Source of the DNA: a virus
Lineage: Duplodnaviria; Caudoviricetes
DNA length: 39,741 nucleotides
Reading direction: 5' to 3' (one strand)
IMG/VR virus record: IMGVR_UViG_3300020045_018243
Span: 1-39,741 of that record
The notes under the pieces were generated by a model, which did not search any database, had not been told where the DNA came from, and saw nothing but the letters and a program-made list of their open reading frames with translations. Made by a program: the position numbers and the translations under genes. Below are positions 8,820 through 18,446 of this stretch, piece after piece (within the stretch, counting starts at the first letter, position 1; each line of letters opens with the position of its first letter).

Positions 8820-9308
8820 ATGACCAGTATATTCCCGGCAAGGCGCTTTCTCGTAAACGGGTCCAGTTCCAACTTGGCGGTGAACGGATCGGTGACACCA
8901 GTAGAATTCATTCTACAGCCAGCAGCTGGGTCCTTATTTGCCTGTTATCAGCTGATTTTCGCCGCTCATGGGACGGGGAATATCAATGACCCGGCTCAGT
9001 TCTGGACATTTCCTGCCCTCACAATTGGCATCAGTTCTGAAATCAAAATGAACGGTACGACTGTCCAAGCGGTTGGTATCATCAAGACCAATTTCGACCT
9101 GATCCAATATATCGGGAGTGACTTTCTGGGTAAGACGCTCGGTGCGCACAACCTGGTTCGCGGGGAATTCTCGATCGATCCGCAGTTGACGCTCAACGGA
9201 AACAGAGGCGACTATTTCAAGATCATCATAAACGACAACCTGACTCAAAACGCTGGTGCTATTGTGAACATGACAATATCTCTCAGAGGCAGTACGATCA
9301 TTTTCTGA
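8820..9308 (+). CDS. Putative structural/decoration protein (VNGSVTPV family), paralog 2
   Basis: VNGSVTPVEF...INDNLT; GGAG RBS. Confidence 0.65.
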   Translation: MTSIFPARRFLVNGSSSNLAVNGSVTPVEFILQPAAGSLFACYQLIFAAHGTGNINDPAQFWTFPALTIGISSEIKMNGTTVQAVGIIKTNFDLIQYIGSDFLGKTLGAHNLVRGEFSIDPQLTLNGNRGDYFKIIINDNLTQNAGAIVNMTISLRGSTIIF

Positions 9309-9321
9309 GGAAAACGTTCAT

Positions 9322-10167
9322 ATGCAATCAAATATCGATCAAAGAATCCTTTTTTACGATGCTTCTGCCAATTCATGGACGGATCACACGAAGGCATTGA
9401 ATGATCACATGAATGGAAAGACAGCCGCATTGTCTTTTGATTCTGGCGATTATTTGTATGTGAGCAGCCTTTTGCCGTTCAATCACAAATTCTTCGGCGT
9501 TTCGACAGCGTCCAATGACAACCAATCCCCGATCATCGAGTTGGCCGCAGCTTCCAATGAATGGAATCAGACGGTTGATCAACTCGACTATACCGACCAA
9601 TTCGCAGTATCGGGCGTCCTGCAGTTCACAACCAACTGGGACAAACAGTGGGCTCGGTTCAGCCGCAACGTGACCGATCTTGCAGCAATGGCCACCGCAC
9701 CAGTAGTCTATGACTCGTACTGGTTCAGAATCAGCTTCGCCGCGGCTACCCAATTCACTCTGAGCTACATTGGGCAGCTATTCAGTTCGGACAGTGATCT
9801 TTACGCCGAATACCCGCAGCTGCAAAACGAGGCTATCCTGGAAGGCTGGGAAACGGGGAAGACAACTTGGTTTGATCAGCATGTGATCGCTGCCAACTAC
9901 CTTGCAAAGGCGCTGATAGAGCGAAAGATCACTGTCACCCGCGATCAAATCCTGGATATCGCAACCTTTAGAAGTGCCGCCGTCCATAAGACAGCGCATA
10001 TCATTTTCTCAGGGCTTGGCGCGAAGAATTATGAAAACGAAATAAAGCAGGCCGCCGCCAATTACAAAGAAGCGATGACGATTGACAAGTTTCAGGTGGA
10101 CACGAATCTCAATGCGCGCAAGGATATTTCTGAAATCCTCGTGACAACTTCAAGGGCTACCCGATGA
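9322..10167 (+). CDS. Putative head-tail adaptor with N-terminal beta-rich extension
   Basis: Position; helical C-terminal half resembling adaptor proteins; GAGGA RBS. Confidence 0.5.
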   Translation: MQSNIDQRILFYDASANSWTDHTKALNDHMNGKTAALSFDSGDYLYVSSLLPFNHKFFGVSTASNDNQSPIIELAAASNEWNQTVDQLDYTDQFAVSGVLQFTTNWDKQWARFSRNVTDLAAMATAPVVYDSYWFRISFAAATQFTLSYIGQLFSSDSDLYAEYPQLQNEAILEGWETGKTTWFDQHVIAANYLAKALIERKITVTRDQILDIATFRSAAVHKTAHIIFSGLGAKNYENEIKQAAANYKEAMTIDKFQVDTNLNARKDISEILVTTSRATR

Positions 10168-10619
10168 GCAGAGTCTCAGAGATTCGAACGCAACTCGAAA
10201 CCATCGTCCAGGGCGTACTCCCGACCTATACCCTTTTGTCAGACGGGATTGATTCGAAGGACAACGCAATTCAGCTTTTGAACAAAGGCTTTGCCATCGG
10301 CTACGGTTCATCAGAGGGAAACTATGATGAATGGTGCATGGGTCAAATGCGGCAACGCCGTGAGTTTCGCATCATCCTGACCAACATCTATGTGCCGGGC
10401 ACGCGCGCGGACTACCGCGTAGGGCTTGAGACTTCTCTGATGGAGGACGAATTCCTGGTCATCGGAGCGATCACCAGCAACGTCACCCTCACCGGCTACG
10501 CGATAAACACCCAGTTTGCGACTGATCAGGGGATTCAATATCTGACCGACGAAACCTCTGGTAAGCAATTCATCACCATCATCATGGCAATCATTGTCGA
10601 TTACATTGAAGGGGTTTGA
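10164..10619 (+). CDS. Putative tail terminator / completion protein
   Basis: 151 aa, acidic, directly before the tail tube gene. Confidence 0.55.
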   Translation: MSRVSEIRTQLETIVQGVLPTYTLLSDGIDSKDNAIQLLNKGFAIGYGSSEGNYDEWCMGQMRQRREFRIILTNIYVPGTRADYRVGLETSLMEDEFLVIGAITSNVTLTGYAINTQFATDQGIQYLTDETSGKQFITIIMAIIVDYIEGV

Positions 10620-10622
10620 CCT

Positions 10623-12158
10623 ATGGCTTTTGCATCACGTTCCGCTGTTTTCGCATTCGTCCCAGAAGTCACCGAGGGAACCCCGGTCGATCCAGGTTCT
10701 GGTGATTTCACCGTGGTAAGGGAAGGTGCCGCTCTCACTGGTGCGGTCAATACGGTGACTTCCGACGAACTGCGCAACTCCATCGGCGCATCCAAGGCTT
10801 TTGCGACGAACCAAGCGCCCACTGGGTCGATTCCAAAGTACCTGAAACCATCAGGCACCGAAGGCGTTGCGCCGGACTATGGGATTCTCATCGAATCCTG
10901 CATCGGTGAAGAGGTGGTGGCCAGCACCGAGTATTCCACCGCGGCGTCGTCGACCGCAGGCACCGCGACCACGCGCGCGAACCTGAAAGTCACGGCCGGG
11001 GTTGAGGCCAACTTCCAAAAGGGCCAAACTGTCCTGATCAAAGACGGCACGAACGGCTATGCGGTGCGTCCCATTTTCGATGGAATCACGTCAACGAACC
11101 TTCCGCTCGGATTCAATTTGGGCGTCGCTCCCGCAGCGCTGACCCCGCTAGGCAAGGCGGTGCTCTATAAGCCGCAGGATACAGCCCAGCCGACTTTCAC
11201 GGCTCATATGTACCAGTCCTCGGACAGCAATTCGGGGATCCACCAGGCTATGGCTGGTTGCCGGACGACCGCCATGAATATCGAATTCACGGCCAATGAA
11301 CTGGCTGGCGTCACGTTCGAAATCGGCGGTCTGAGCTACTACGTGGACCCAGTCGCGATCACCGCGAGCAGCAAGTACATTGACTTCACCGACTCATCGG
11401 GCACCGTCGCGGCTATCCTGACCGAAAAGTACTATGCAACGCCGATCGATTTGGCCAATGAGATTGCCAGCAAGATGACCGCCGCTTCGGCCGCGTCCGG
11501 AGCCGATACCATCACCTGCACCTGGTCGAACAGCACCGGAAAATTCACCATCACCAGTGATGGGTCTGTCCTTTCCTTGCTTTGGAACACCGGCACCAAC
11601 ACGGCAAACTCTGCGAAGACCAAGCTGGGATTCAGCAACACCGACGATACAGGTGCCCTCACCTATACCTCGGACACCGCGCAGTCGTATGCACCGCCTG
11701 CGACCCCAACTTTCGACAGCCAGCCGCCGCAGGTTGTCCGCGACAACATGCTCTTGATCGGTACTTTTGCCGATTACATTTGCCACGGCGGCCAGGCGTT
11801 GACCGTTTCCGTAGCAACGCCGAAAACAGATATCCCCAACTGGTGTGCGGAAAACGGGCAGGATGAATCGGTCATTCTCAGCCGGGAAGTGACCGTGTCC
11901 GGAACGCTGAAGTTTGCGAAGCACGACGTGCAGCGGTTTTACAATCTCCTGCAGAACGTCGATACCCAGCTGTTCTTCGTTCACGGCCAAAAGATTGGCG
12001 GCAACTGGGTACCCGGCACCATCGTTTCCATCTACTTGCCAACGGTATCGCTGACCAGCAACACGATTGCTGACCAGGACGGGTACATCGTCGAACAGTT
12101 CGAAGGCACCGCCTACGTGGGCGATGATCTCGCAGATTTCTATATGAATATGAACTAA
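10623..12158 (+). CDS. Major tail tube protein with inserted domains
   Basis: N-terminal ExTxGT motif, GCxxxxMNIEF, REVTVSGTLKF; followed by chaperones and tape measure. Confidence 0.8.
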   Translation: MAFASRSAVFAFVPEVTEGTPVDPGSGDFTVVREGAALTGAVNTVTSDELRNSIGASKAFATNQAPTGSIPKYLKPSGTEGVAPDYGILIESCIGEEVVASTEYSTAASSTAGTATTRANLKVTAGVEANFQKGQTVLIKDGTNGYAVRPIFDGITSTNLPLGFNLGVAPAALTPLGKAVLYKPQDTAQPTFTAHMYQSSDSNSGIHQAMAGCRTTAMNIEFTANELAGVTFEIGGLSYYVDPVAITASSKYIDFTDSSGTVAAILTEKYYATPIDLANEIASKMTAASAASGADTITCTWSNSTGKFTITSDGSVLSLLWNTGTNTANSAKTKLGFSNTDDTGALTYTSDTAQSYAPPATPTFDSQPPQVVRDNMLLIGTFADYICHGGQALTVSVATPKTDIPNWCAENGQDESVILSREVTVSGTLKFAKHDVQRFYNLLQNVDTQLFFVHGQKIGGNWVPGTIVSIYLPTVSLTSNTIADQDGYIVEQFEGTAYVGDDLADFYMNMN

Positions 12159-12176
12159 AAGCAGGGGATAACTTGA

Positions 12177-12503
12177 ATGCAACAACGGAAAATGACTTTG
12201 CCAAGTGGGGACACGCTCCACTACCGGATTCCGAACGTGGTCGAACAACTTCGATTTTTCGTCGATAGCAAATGGTACGATGAGCCAAACTACTGGCAAA
12301 AGATTTCGAACGGGCTGGAATTCGCCCGTGAATTCGTCATCAAAGTCGACGGCGCAGCGCAATGCATCGAAGACGCGATGAATGATCGGCAAAATTTCGA
12401 CTGCATTTGTGACTTCGTGCTAGATATCGCTGGCATCGTTAAGAAGAAAAAGGCAGCCGAAACAGTAGCAGAGGATGAGGCCGAAGGCGAAAAAAAGCCT
12501 TAA
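12177..12503 (+). CDS. Tail assembly chaperone (gpG-like)
   Basis: Between tail tube and tape measure; ends in a slippery A AAA AAG. Confidence 0.75.
   Translation: MQQRKMTLPSGDTLHYRIPNVVEQLRFFVDSKWYDEPNYWQKISNGLEFAREFVIKVDGAAQCIEDAMNDRQNFDCICDFVLDIAGIVKKKKAAETVAEDEAEGEKKP
12491..12497 (+). promoter_or_regulatory. Programmed -1 ribosomal frameshift site A AAA AAG
   Basis: In-phase X XXY YYZ heptamer; the -1 frame is open to 12727. Confidence 0.85.
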
Positions 12504-12727
12504 GGGCTTGCGCGGTGAATATCATGGCAGGATTTCCAATCCTTAGAGACGTCGAAAAGCCTTATCACGGCTACTGTCTCATGGCTTGGGAATTCCTCCA
12601 TACCGTTAGAAGTGCACAAGCTCTAGGTTTACGGTCCCTTTCGATCACCGACTTCACGGCTCGCGAATTCGAGGCAATGAGCTACCTTAGGCAGCAATTG
12701 TCCAACCTAAACTCCAAGGTAAGGTGA
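12497..12727 (+). CDS. gpT-like portion of the frameshifted tail chaperone (gpGT)
   Basis: -1 frame relative to 12177; reads ALRACAVNIMAGFPILRD... Confidence 0.7.
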   Translation, partial: ALRACAVNIMAGFPILRDVEKPYHGYCLMAWEFLHTVRSAQALGLRSLSITDFTAREFEAMSYLRQQLSNLNSKVR

Positions 12728-12733
12728 CACACG

Positions 12734-14971
12734 GTGGCCTCAGTTGACTTGGAATTAAACGTAGGCGTCACTCCTAAGGACCCGTTTGCGGGTATCAAGC
12801 GCTCGCTCGATCAGCTTGACGGCAAGGCTGAGAGCGCTATTGGCAGTTTCAAGGCGATCAGCGGAGCCCTGGTCGGAATCGGTGCCGCTTCAGCCGCATT
12901 CGATTTCGTGCTCGATAGCACTCGGCAAATGGAGGACCTCACAACCCAGTTCATAGCGTTCACTGGCTCCGCAGAAGGCGCTACCGAACAGCTTGAAAGG
13001 CTCAGTTCATTCGCATCCACAAGTCCTTTCGCTTTGGCCGACGTCGCCGAGGCTAACAGAACGCTCTTGGCATTTGGTTCCACTACCGCAGAATCGATCG
13101 AACAACTGAGGCAATTAGGTGAAGTTTCAGCCGCGACTGGAACCAACCTGCAGGACTTGGCCAGAATATTTGGCCAAATCCAAGCCGAAGGGAAACTGAC
13201 CGGCGAACGGTTCAATCAGCTGATCGAACGCGGCGTGAACATCGGGCCTGAGTTGGCCAAATCCCTTGGCGTTGCCAGCACGTCGATCAAATCCCTGATT
13301 TCCGATGGGAAAATATCAGCCGAAGAAGTCGAGAAGGCATTCCAGAAAATGACAGCCGCAGGCGGCCAGTTCGCTGGCTCGACTGAGCGGCTATCGAAGA
13401 CTGTTTCTGGATCGCTTTCGACTCTGCAAGATAACTTCAGCATTCTGGCCGCTACCATCGGCACCAGCGCAATCCCTGCCTTCACCTCCCTGGTCAATAT
13501 CATTTCCAAAGCGACCGAAGGGAACATTGCCTATCTCAAAGAGCAGAAAAAGATAGCGTCGGAGAATGATGCGCAGAAAAGAATCCGGGCGATTGGCGAG
13601 GAAATCAAGGCCCTGGACGAAACGCTTGTTCAGATACAGCAAAGGCAAAAGGGTGGCATTCTAAACGAAAGTCCTGAGAAAGCGAAAGCGCTGGCCGATT
13701 CTTTCAACGCGGTTACTGCGTCGATTCGTGAACTAAGCCTTGAACGCCTGAAACTGGTCAAGGGTGAAGGGATTGCAGAGTCATCAAAGAAGGACGCCGA
13801 AGCCGCTGCAGCCGCAGAAAAAGTCCGCGCCGATCAACAAGAGCAGCGCCGGGCCAAGCAAAAAGAAGAGGCAGACAAGCTTGCCGAGGAACAGAAAAAA
13901 GCGGCTGAAGCCGAACTGAAGTCCATCCAGGAAAAAGAGAAAAAGATCACTGAGACGGCTCTACTGGAAGCCTCAGTCCGAAACGAAATCCTGAAAGAGC
14001 AGGAAGGCGCGCAGAACGCTGAGAAACTCGCCCGTCTGCAGGAGCGTGAGGCAGAACTGACAGCGGTCCGGATGCAAACCGAAGCCGACCGCCAGGAACA
14101 GCTTAAGCAATACGATTTAGCCGAACTGACACGCGATCAGGTCCGCGTGAACCAGAAAATCCAAATCGAGCGGGCCGCCGAAGCCAAGCGCATTGCCGAT
14201 CTTAAGAAGGCCAATGCGGATAAGAACCAACTCGAAATCCAGGCCCAAGAGGCCAACCAGAAGTTTCTCGAGTCATCCTTCCAGAAGCGGGTGGAAACTT
14301 CCCGCGTCGGCATAGCGGCACTCGCGAGCCTGCAGAAATCCGGTAGCCGCGAAGCATTCATGATCGGTAAGCGCGCTGCCCAGGCGCAGGTCCTGCTCGA
14401 TATCCCGAAAGCGGCCTTCGCTGCATATACGTCTCTCATCGGAACGCCTTACATCGGGCCAATCATCGCTCCGATCGCTGCAGCCGCGGCGGTTTTGGCT
14501 GGTCAGCAACAACTTCGCGCAATCGAAGCGCAGCAATTCGCGATGAAAGAAGGCGGTATCGTTCCCGGGGTTGGCAGCGGTGACAAGGTTCCAATCCTAG
14601 CCGAGCCCGGTGAATTGGTTGTGCCGAAGCAGAATTTTGCCGACCTGCAAATGGGTCAAGGTCTTACGGCTGACAACCTTGTCCTTATGCAGCAATCGAT
14701 AGAAATTCAGGGTAAAATCCTGGACGTCATGACAATCGGATCGGTTGGCGAGAAACTGACTTCGATAGTTTCGCAGCTGAACACGATGGTAGCGAAGCTG
14801 GATGCGCTTGGGAGCGGAGCCGGTGACGGCGGGTTCCCGGTACCGCCAGCTGAAGAACCCCAGACGAACGGCGGACCTTTGCAGGGACGACGTGGACCGG
14901 AACGTGAGCGCACGAATACCCGTGATTCAAAAGGCATGCAAACAAGGGACCGCTTTATCAGTGAGGTTTAA
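12734..14971 (+). CDS. Tail tape measure protein
   Basis: FAxTSPF...GQIQAEGKLTGERFNQLIERG tape-measure domain, long coiled coil, C-terminal GGIVPG...DKVPILAEPGE. Confidence 0.93.
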   Translation: MASVDLELNVGVTPKDPFAGIKRSLDQLDGKAESAIGSFKAISGALVGIGAASAAFDFVLDSTRQMEDLTTQFIAFTGSAEGATEQLERLSSFASTSPFALADVAEANRTLLAFGSTTAESIEQLRQLGEVSAATGTNLQDLARIFGQIQAEGKLTGERFNQLIERGVNIGPELAKSLGVASTSIKSLISDGKISAEEVEKAFQKMTAAGGQFAGSTERLSKTVSGSLSTLQDNFSILAATIGTSAIPAFTSLVNIISKATEGNIAYLKEQKKIASENDAQKRIRAIGEEIKALDETLVQIQQRQKGGILNESPEKAKALADSFNAVTASIRELSLERLKLVKGEGIAESSKKDAEAAAAAEKVRADQQEQRRAKQKEEADKLAEEQKKAAEAELKSIQEKEKKITETALLEASVRNEILKEQEGAQNAEKLARLQEREAELTAVRMQTEADRQEQLKQYDLAELTRDQVRVNQKIQIERAAEAKRIADLKKANADKNQLEIQAQEANQKFLESSFQKRVETSRVGIAALASLQKSGSREAFMIGKRAAQAQVLLDIPKAAFAAYTSLIGTPYIGPIIAPIAAAAAVLAGQQQLRAIEAQQFAMKEGGIVPGVGSGDKVPILAEPGELVVPKQNFADLQMGQGLTADNLVLMQQSIEIQGKILDVMTIGSVGEKLTSIVSQLNTMVAKLDALGSGAGDGGFPVPPAEEPQTNGGPLQGRRGPERERTNTRDSKGMQTRDRFISEV

Positions 14972-14974
14972 TCG

Positions 14975-15784
14975 GTGAGCAACATTCGTCTCAGACGCAA
15001 TGCCAGGATATGCGACAACAATCATCTAGACAGCGCTGATGTCACGGCACCTGAGGACGTGTCTTTCCCGTTTTCCAATGCTTTAGATTTCAAGCGGCGC
15101 AACAAAGTCTGGAAGCCTGATGACAAGGATTTCACCATCGAAATCGATATGCTTTCCAACAAGCAATGCAGTTTCTTCGCAATATTTGGCGCATCCGACA
15201 GCTATCTAACTCTCAGCAATCAGGCTGTTATCACAATCAAAGCCAACATGATCAACCTATTCACGGGCGGCGAGCCTTTCACAAAAGTAGTGCCTGTTAC
15301 GGACCTAGGCGTATTTGCCGACCTTACGGACGACGACAATCCAACTGGGCAGCAATACCGATACTGGCAAATATCGATTGAAGACAGCCTGAACCCAGTT
15401 GATATCGAGGTGTCAGCCCTATTCCTTGGCGATCACATTGATTTCCAATTCAATGCAAAGCAGCAATTTCAATACAACCGGCAGGATTTAACGAGGCGCG
15501 CGACCAGTGATAGCGGAACTATTTATTCGGTTCGGAAAAACCAGTATTCTGTGTTTTCTGCTATGGGCTTTAGTTTTCTTAACCCTACTGATCGAACAAA
15601 ACTTCTCACGTCGACAGAAACGATAGGCCTCTCCCAGCCTTGGATATTCGTGCTGGATCCACTAGAACTGGCTTTCAATTTTGAATTCGGAACCATCCTT
15701 TGCTATTTCAATGATTTGCCGCAGTTGACGCATGCATATCTCAACAAATTCAACGTGGCATTCTCGCTGAGGGAAGTTGTATGA
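14975..15784 (+). CDS. Putative distal tail protein
   Basis: Directly after the tape measure; YRYWQI discoidin-like segment. Confidence 0.55.
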   Translation: MSNIRLRRNARICDNNHLDSADVTAPEDVSFPFSNALDFKRRNKVWKPDDKDFTIEIDMLSNKQCSFFAIFGASDSYLTLSNQAVITIKANMINLFTGGEPFTKVVPVTDLGVFADLTDDDNPTGQQYRYWQISIEDSLNPVDIEVSALFLGDHIDFQFNAKQQFQYNRQDLTRRATSDSGTIYSVRKNQYSVFSAMGFSFLNPTDRTKLLTSTETIGLSQPWIFVLDPLELAFNFEFGTILCYFNDLPQLTHAYLNKFNVAFSLREVV

Positions 15785-16020
15785 AAATCGAAGGTCAATT
15801 TCACGGCGAGATAGATCAGAAGCGATTTTATATGCCCGGCACGAAGTTCATAGATACATGCAGAGTGTGCCAACGCCAAGCTATATGGGATGGAAAGCAG
15901 GAATACCTTTCATATCCGGATGTCGGCAAACCAATCGATTTTGACTGGTATTGCCCGGACTGCGGTAACGAATGGAACACAAAAATCCTCATTCAGATTT
16001 CCATCAGTGAGGTGAAATAA
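15781..16020 (+). CDS. Small zinc-ribbon protein inserted in the tail module
   Basis: CRVC and CPDC motifs; ATGA overlap. Confidence 0.65.
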   Translation: MKIEGQFHGEIDQKRFYMPGTKFIDTCRVCQRQAIWDGKQEYLSYPDVGKPIDFDWYCPDCGNEWNTKILIQISISEVK

Positions 16021-16023
16021 ATC

Positions 16024-16491
16024 ATGGCATTCAACCAATGGCCTGACAGCATTGCAGCGATCATCAGTACCGGCGCGCCATATACGATCGATCTTGGCAA
16101 CGTGACACCAGACGAAAACCAGCAACTCGAAATCTATAGGATTCAGGTTTTCAAGAAAGGCAGTCTTCCACTCGCTAGAATGCGCATCAATGCCTACGTC
16201 GCTGGTGATCTTGTCGCTACCAGCGAAGACGTCATTGTCGGCACCATCGAAGACCTATACCCGGACACGCCGCAGTTCTATGGCTGGGTGAATTTCACCT
16301 TTTCGCCAAGGCTCAACCTGAATGCATCGGCGCCCACTCGGTTCGAAATGGAATTGGCAAATTACACGTACACCGATGACTCGGCTTTCATAGCAGCCAT
16401 CAAAGACTGGCCTACTACGATGGGATTCAATTCCACGGTAGGCTCTCCCGGCTCAGCGCCGTTTGCCCTTGAACTGTATGGAGCCGAATGA
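16024..16491 (+). CDS. Putative tail protein
   Basis: GAGG RBS; beta-rich; tail-module position. Confidence 0.55.
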   Translation: MAFNQWPDSIAAIISTGAPYTIDLGNVTPDENQQLEIYRIQVFKKGSLPLARMRINAYVAGDLVATSEDVIVGTIEDLYPDTPQFYGWVNFTFSPRLNLNASAPTRFEMELANYTYTDDSAFIAAIKDWPTTMGFNSTVGSPGSAPFALELYGAE

Positions 16492-18446
16492 TGGCTGATA
16501 AGGTCCAAAAAGTAACCGTGAAGCCGCTCGCCGACGTCACTGGCCTCATTACAGGAACGTCCTTCCAGTGGTCCTGGGAAGCTGAAACCGTTTACGTCAA
16601 CGGCGTCGATACTGCGTTCACCCAGGACGCCAGCGGGTTGATCGATATCCCTGGTTATACGACTGGGATAGTGCTGGTCGAATTCAACCTCTATCTCATT
16701 CACGGTGCGGTGTCAGGCGTCTATCCGAAGGACCCAACTGATTCGCTGAGCACTCCTGTATTCTGGGAAAACCGGGTGACCGGATTTATCGGTTACTCGA
16801 CAACCATCAAATCATTTGAGACGGGCCTCACTGAAATCAGCATTGGATCAATCGGGGTTCATATCGATGATGACTGGCTCCCTCTGATCCAGAACATTCT
16901 CATCGTGCCCAATAGAACTGTCAGAATCTATTTGGACGATGTGATCAAATTCAAGGGCATCACGACACGGTCCGCTGTCAACAATTTCGTGCTCACGTTC
17001 ACCATCCAAAAGCGGCAAACCATCCTTGATTCCGAGACGAATTGGGGTGACCCCGAATACCTCAATCGCGTGGTCCGTACTTCGGCGAATGCCTATTACA
17101 CCGGTTCAGCCATCCCCGAGCAGTTCGAGAACGTCGCTATCCCTATGCTCTTCGGAGAGACAACGCCCTATGAATTGGGGAAAGTCGAGGAAATTGACCT
17201 TGGGACGCCCGGCGGTTTTTTCCTGGTGCCACCGAGCACCAAGGGCAGGAGCCGGAGCCCTAACACCGATCGGGTCATATGCAAGGTCATACCAACCAGC
17301 GCGACGACTGGGATCATAGGCCGCATGCCTGCCTATCAAACTCTCCCAGCATCCTCACCGATAAACGAGGCACTCACTGGTGCAGCGCACATTTTTGGAC
17401 GCTTTGAACAATCCAGCAACGCCGTGACATTCACTGACATGATCATGGGTGAGGTATGCGTACTGGAACGCTCAGGCGGTGCTCCAATCATCGTTGCAGC
17501 CCGGCTTTATGACCGAAAAACATCGGCACCCGCACGCTCATGGTTTTTCCTTGGATACGATGACCCTCCGGGCGGGGGAAACTTCACGAATATCCAGAAT
17601 GCCGATCGGTACAGGCACTTTTTCACCACCGAAATACCAAGGGAAACTTGGACGACGCCCGCAGTCCTAAGCTCAACTCTCACGCCCGGCGGTCATCGCT
17701 GGCTTACGGTTTCTGGCCTCACCGGCATTGACCTATTAACGACGGACCTTTACGTGGTTCTGAACAACATAAGCGGGGCGAAATCTGGACCAGAACTGAT
17801 GCAGTGGGCGCTCGAGACGCATGGCTATACGGTCGAGCCCACTTCGTTCGCCGCTATGGACGCGATTTATCCAGACAAGGCATGTATGCAAGCTGGGTTT
17901 GGTAGCTCGGTGCCGACCTTGGGCAATTTCATAGCGGAAATCAATCGCACGCTTTTGACGATTCTGGTTTTCCCAGCGTCAAACGATGAGCCTTATCTGG
18001 TGCGCGTCGATCCAACCGCGCCAGCTACCATTACGCTCGATGATGATCAGATAGCGAATTTCAGCTATTCATCCGACTATCGGTCCCAAACGAAGAACGT
18101 GATTTTCGAGCCTGCGTACTTCCGATCGGATGATGCAAAGGCTGACCTTACTTTCAATATTCCTTCTCCGCGCGCTGAAATTTGGGGAAGCGAGAAAACT
18201 GAAACCGTCGATCACGTGCTTTCCGAAGTGACCACGACTCGGTTTGAGGATATCGCCGATTTTTACGGCAACCCGGTGACTCCCTGCAAATTCGATTTGT
18301 TCGATGACACAGTGGAACTGGAATTGGCAGACATTGTCCAAATCGATACCGTTTCATTCAAACAAAAAATAGTAGTGACAACCATAGAACAACTGCCGAT
18401 CGGGCGGGCGATCCAAGGGAGATACCTTTATGTCAACGAAGACTAG
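16488..18446 (+). CDS. Putative tail tip / baseplate hub protein
   Basis: 652 aa; IPMLFG motif; C-terminal LELADIVQI hub-like motif. Confidence 0.6.
   Translation: MMADKVQKVTVKPLADVTGLITGTSFQWSWEAETVYVNGVDTAFTQDASGLIDIPGYTTGIVLVEFNLYLIHGAVSGVYPKDPTDSLSTPVFWENRVTGFIGYSTTIKSFETGLTEISIGSIGVHIDDDWLPLIQNILIVPNRTVRIYLDDVIKFKGITTRSAVNNFVLTFTIQKRQTILDSETNWGDPEYLNRVVRTSANAYYTGSAIPEQFENVAIPMLFGETTPYELGKVEEIDLGTPGGFFLVPPSTKGRSRSPNTDRVICKVIPTSATTGIIGRMPAYQTLPASSPINEALTGAAHIFGRFEQSSNAVTFTDMIMGEVCVLERSGGAPIIVAARLYDRKTSAPARSWFFLGYDDPPGGGNFTNIQNADRYRHFFTTEIPRETWTTPAVLSSTLTPGGHRWLTVSGLTGIDLLTTDLYVVLNNISGAKSGPELMQWALETHGYTVEPTSFAAMDAIYPDKACMQAGFGSSVPTLGNFIAEINRTLLTILVFPASNDEPYLVRVDPTAPATITLDDDQIANFSYSSDYRSQTKNVIFEPAYFRSDDAKADLTFNIPSPRAEIWGSEKTETVDHVLSEVTTTRFEDIADFYGNPVTPCKFDLFDDTVELELADIVQIDTVSFKQKIVVTTIEQLPIGRAIQGRYLYVNED

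Noticed and set aside
11394-12392. Long antisense ORFs (332 aa here, 219 aa at 7087-7746, and similar)
   Set aside because: Shadows of codon-biased structural genes on the opposite strand; no motifs or RBS
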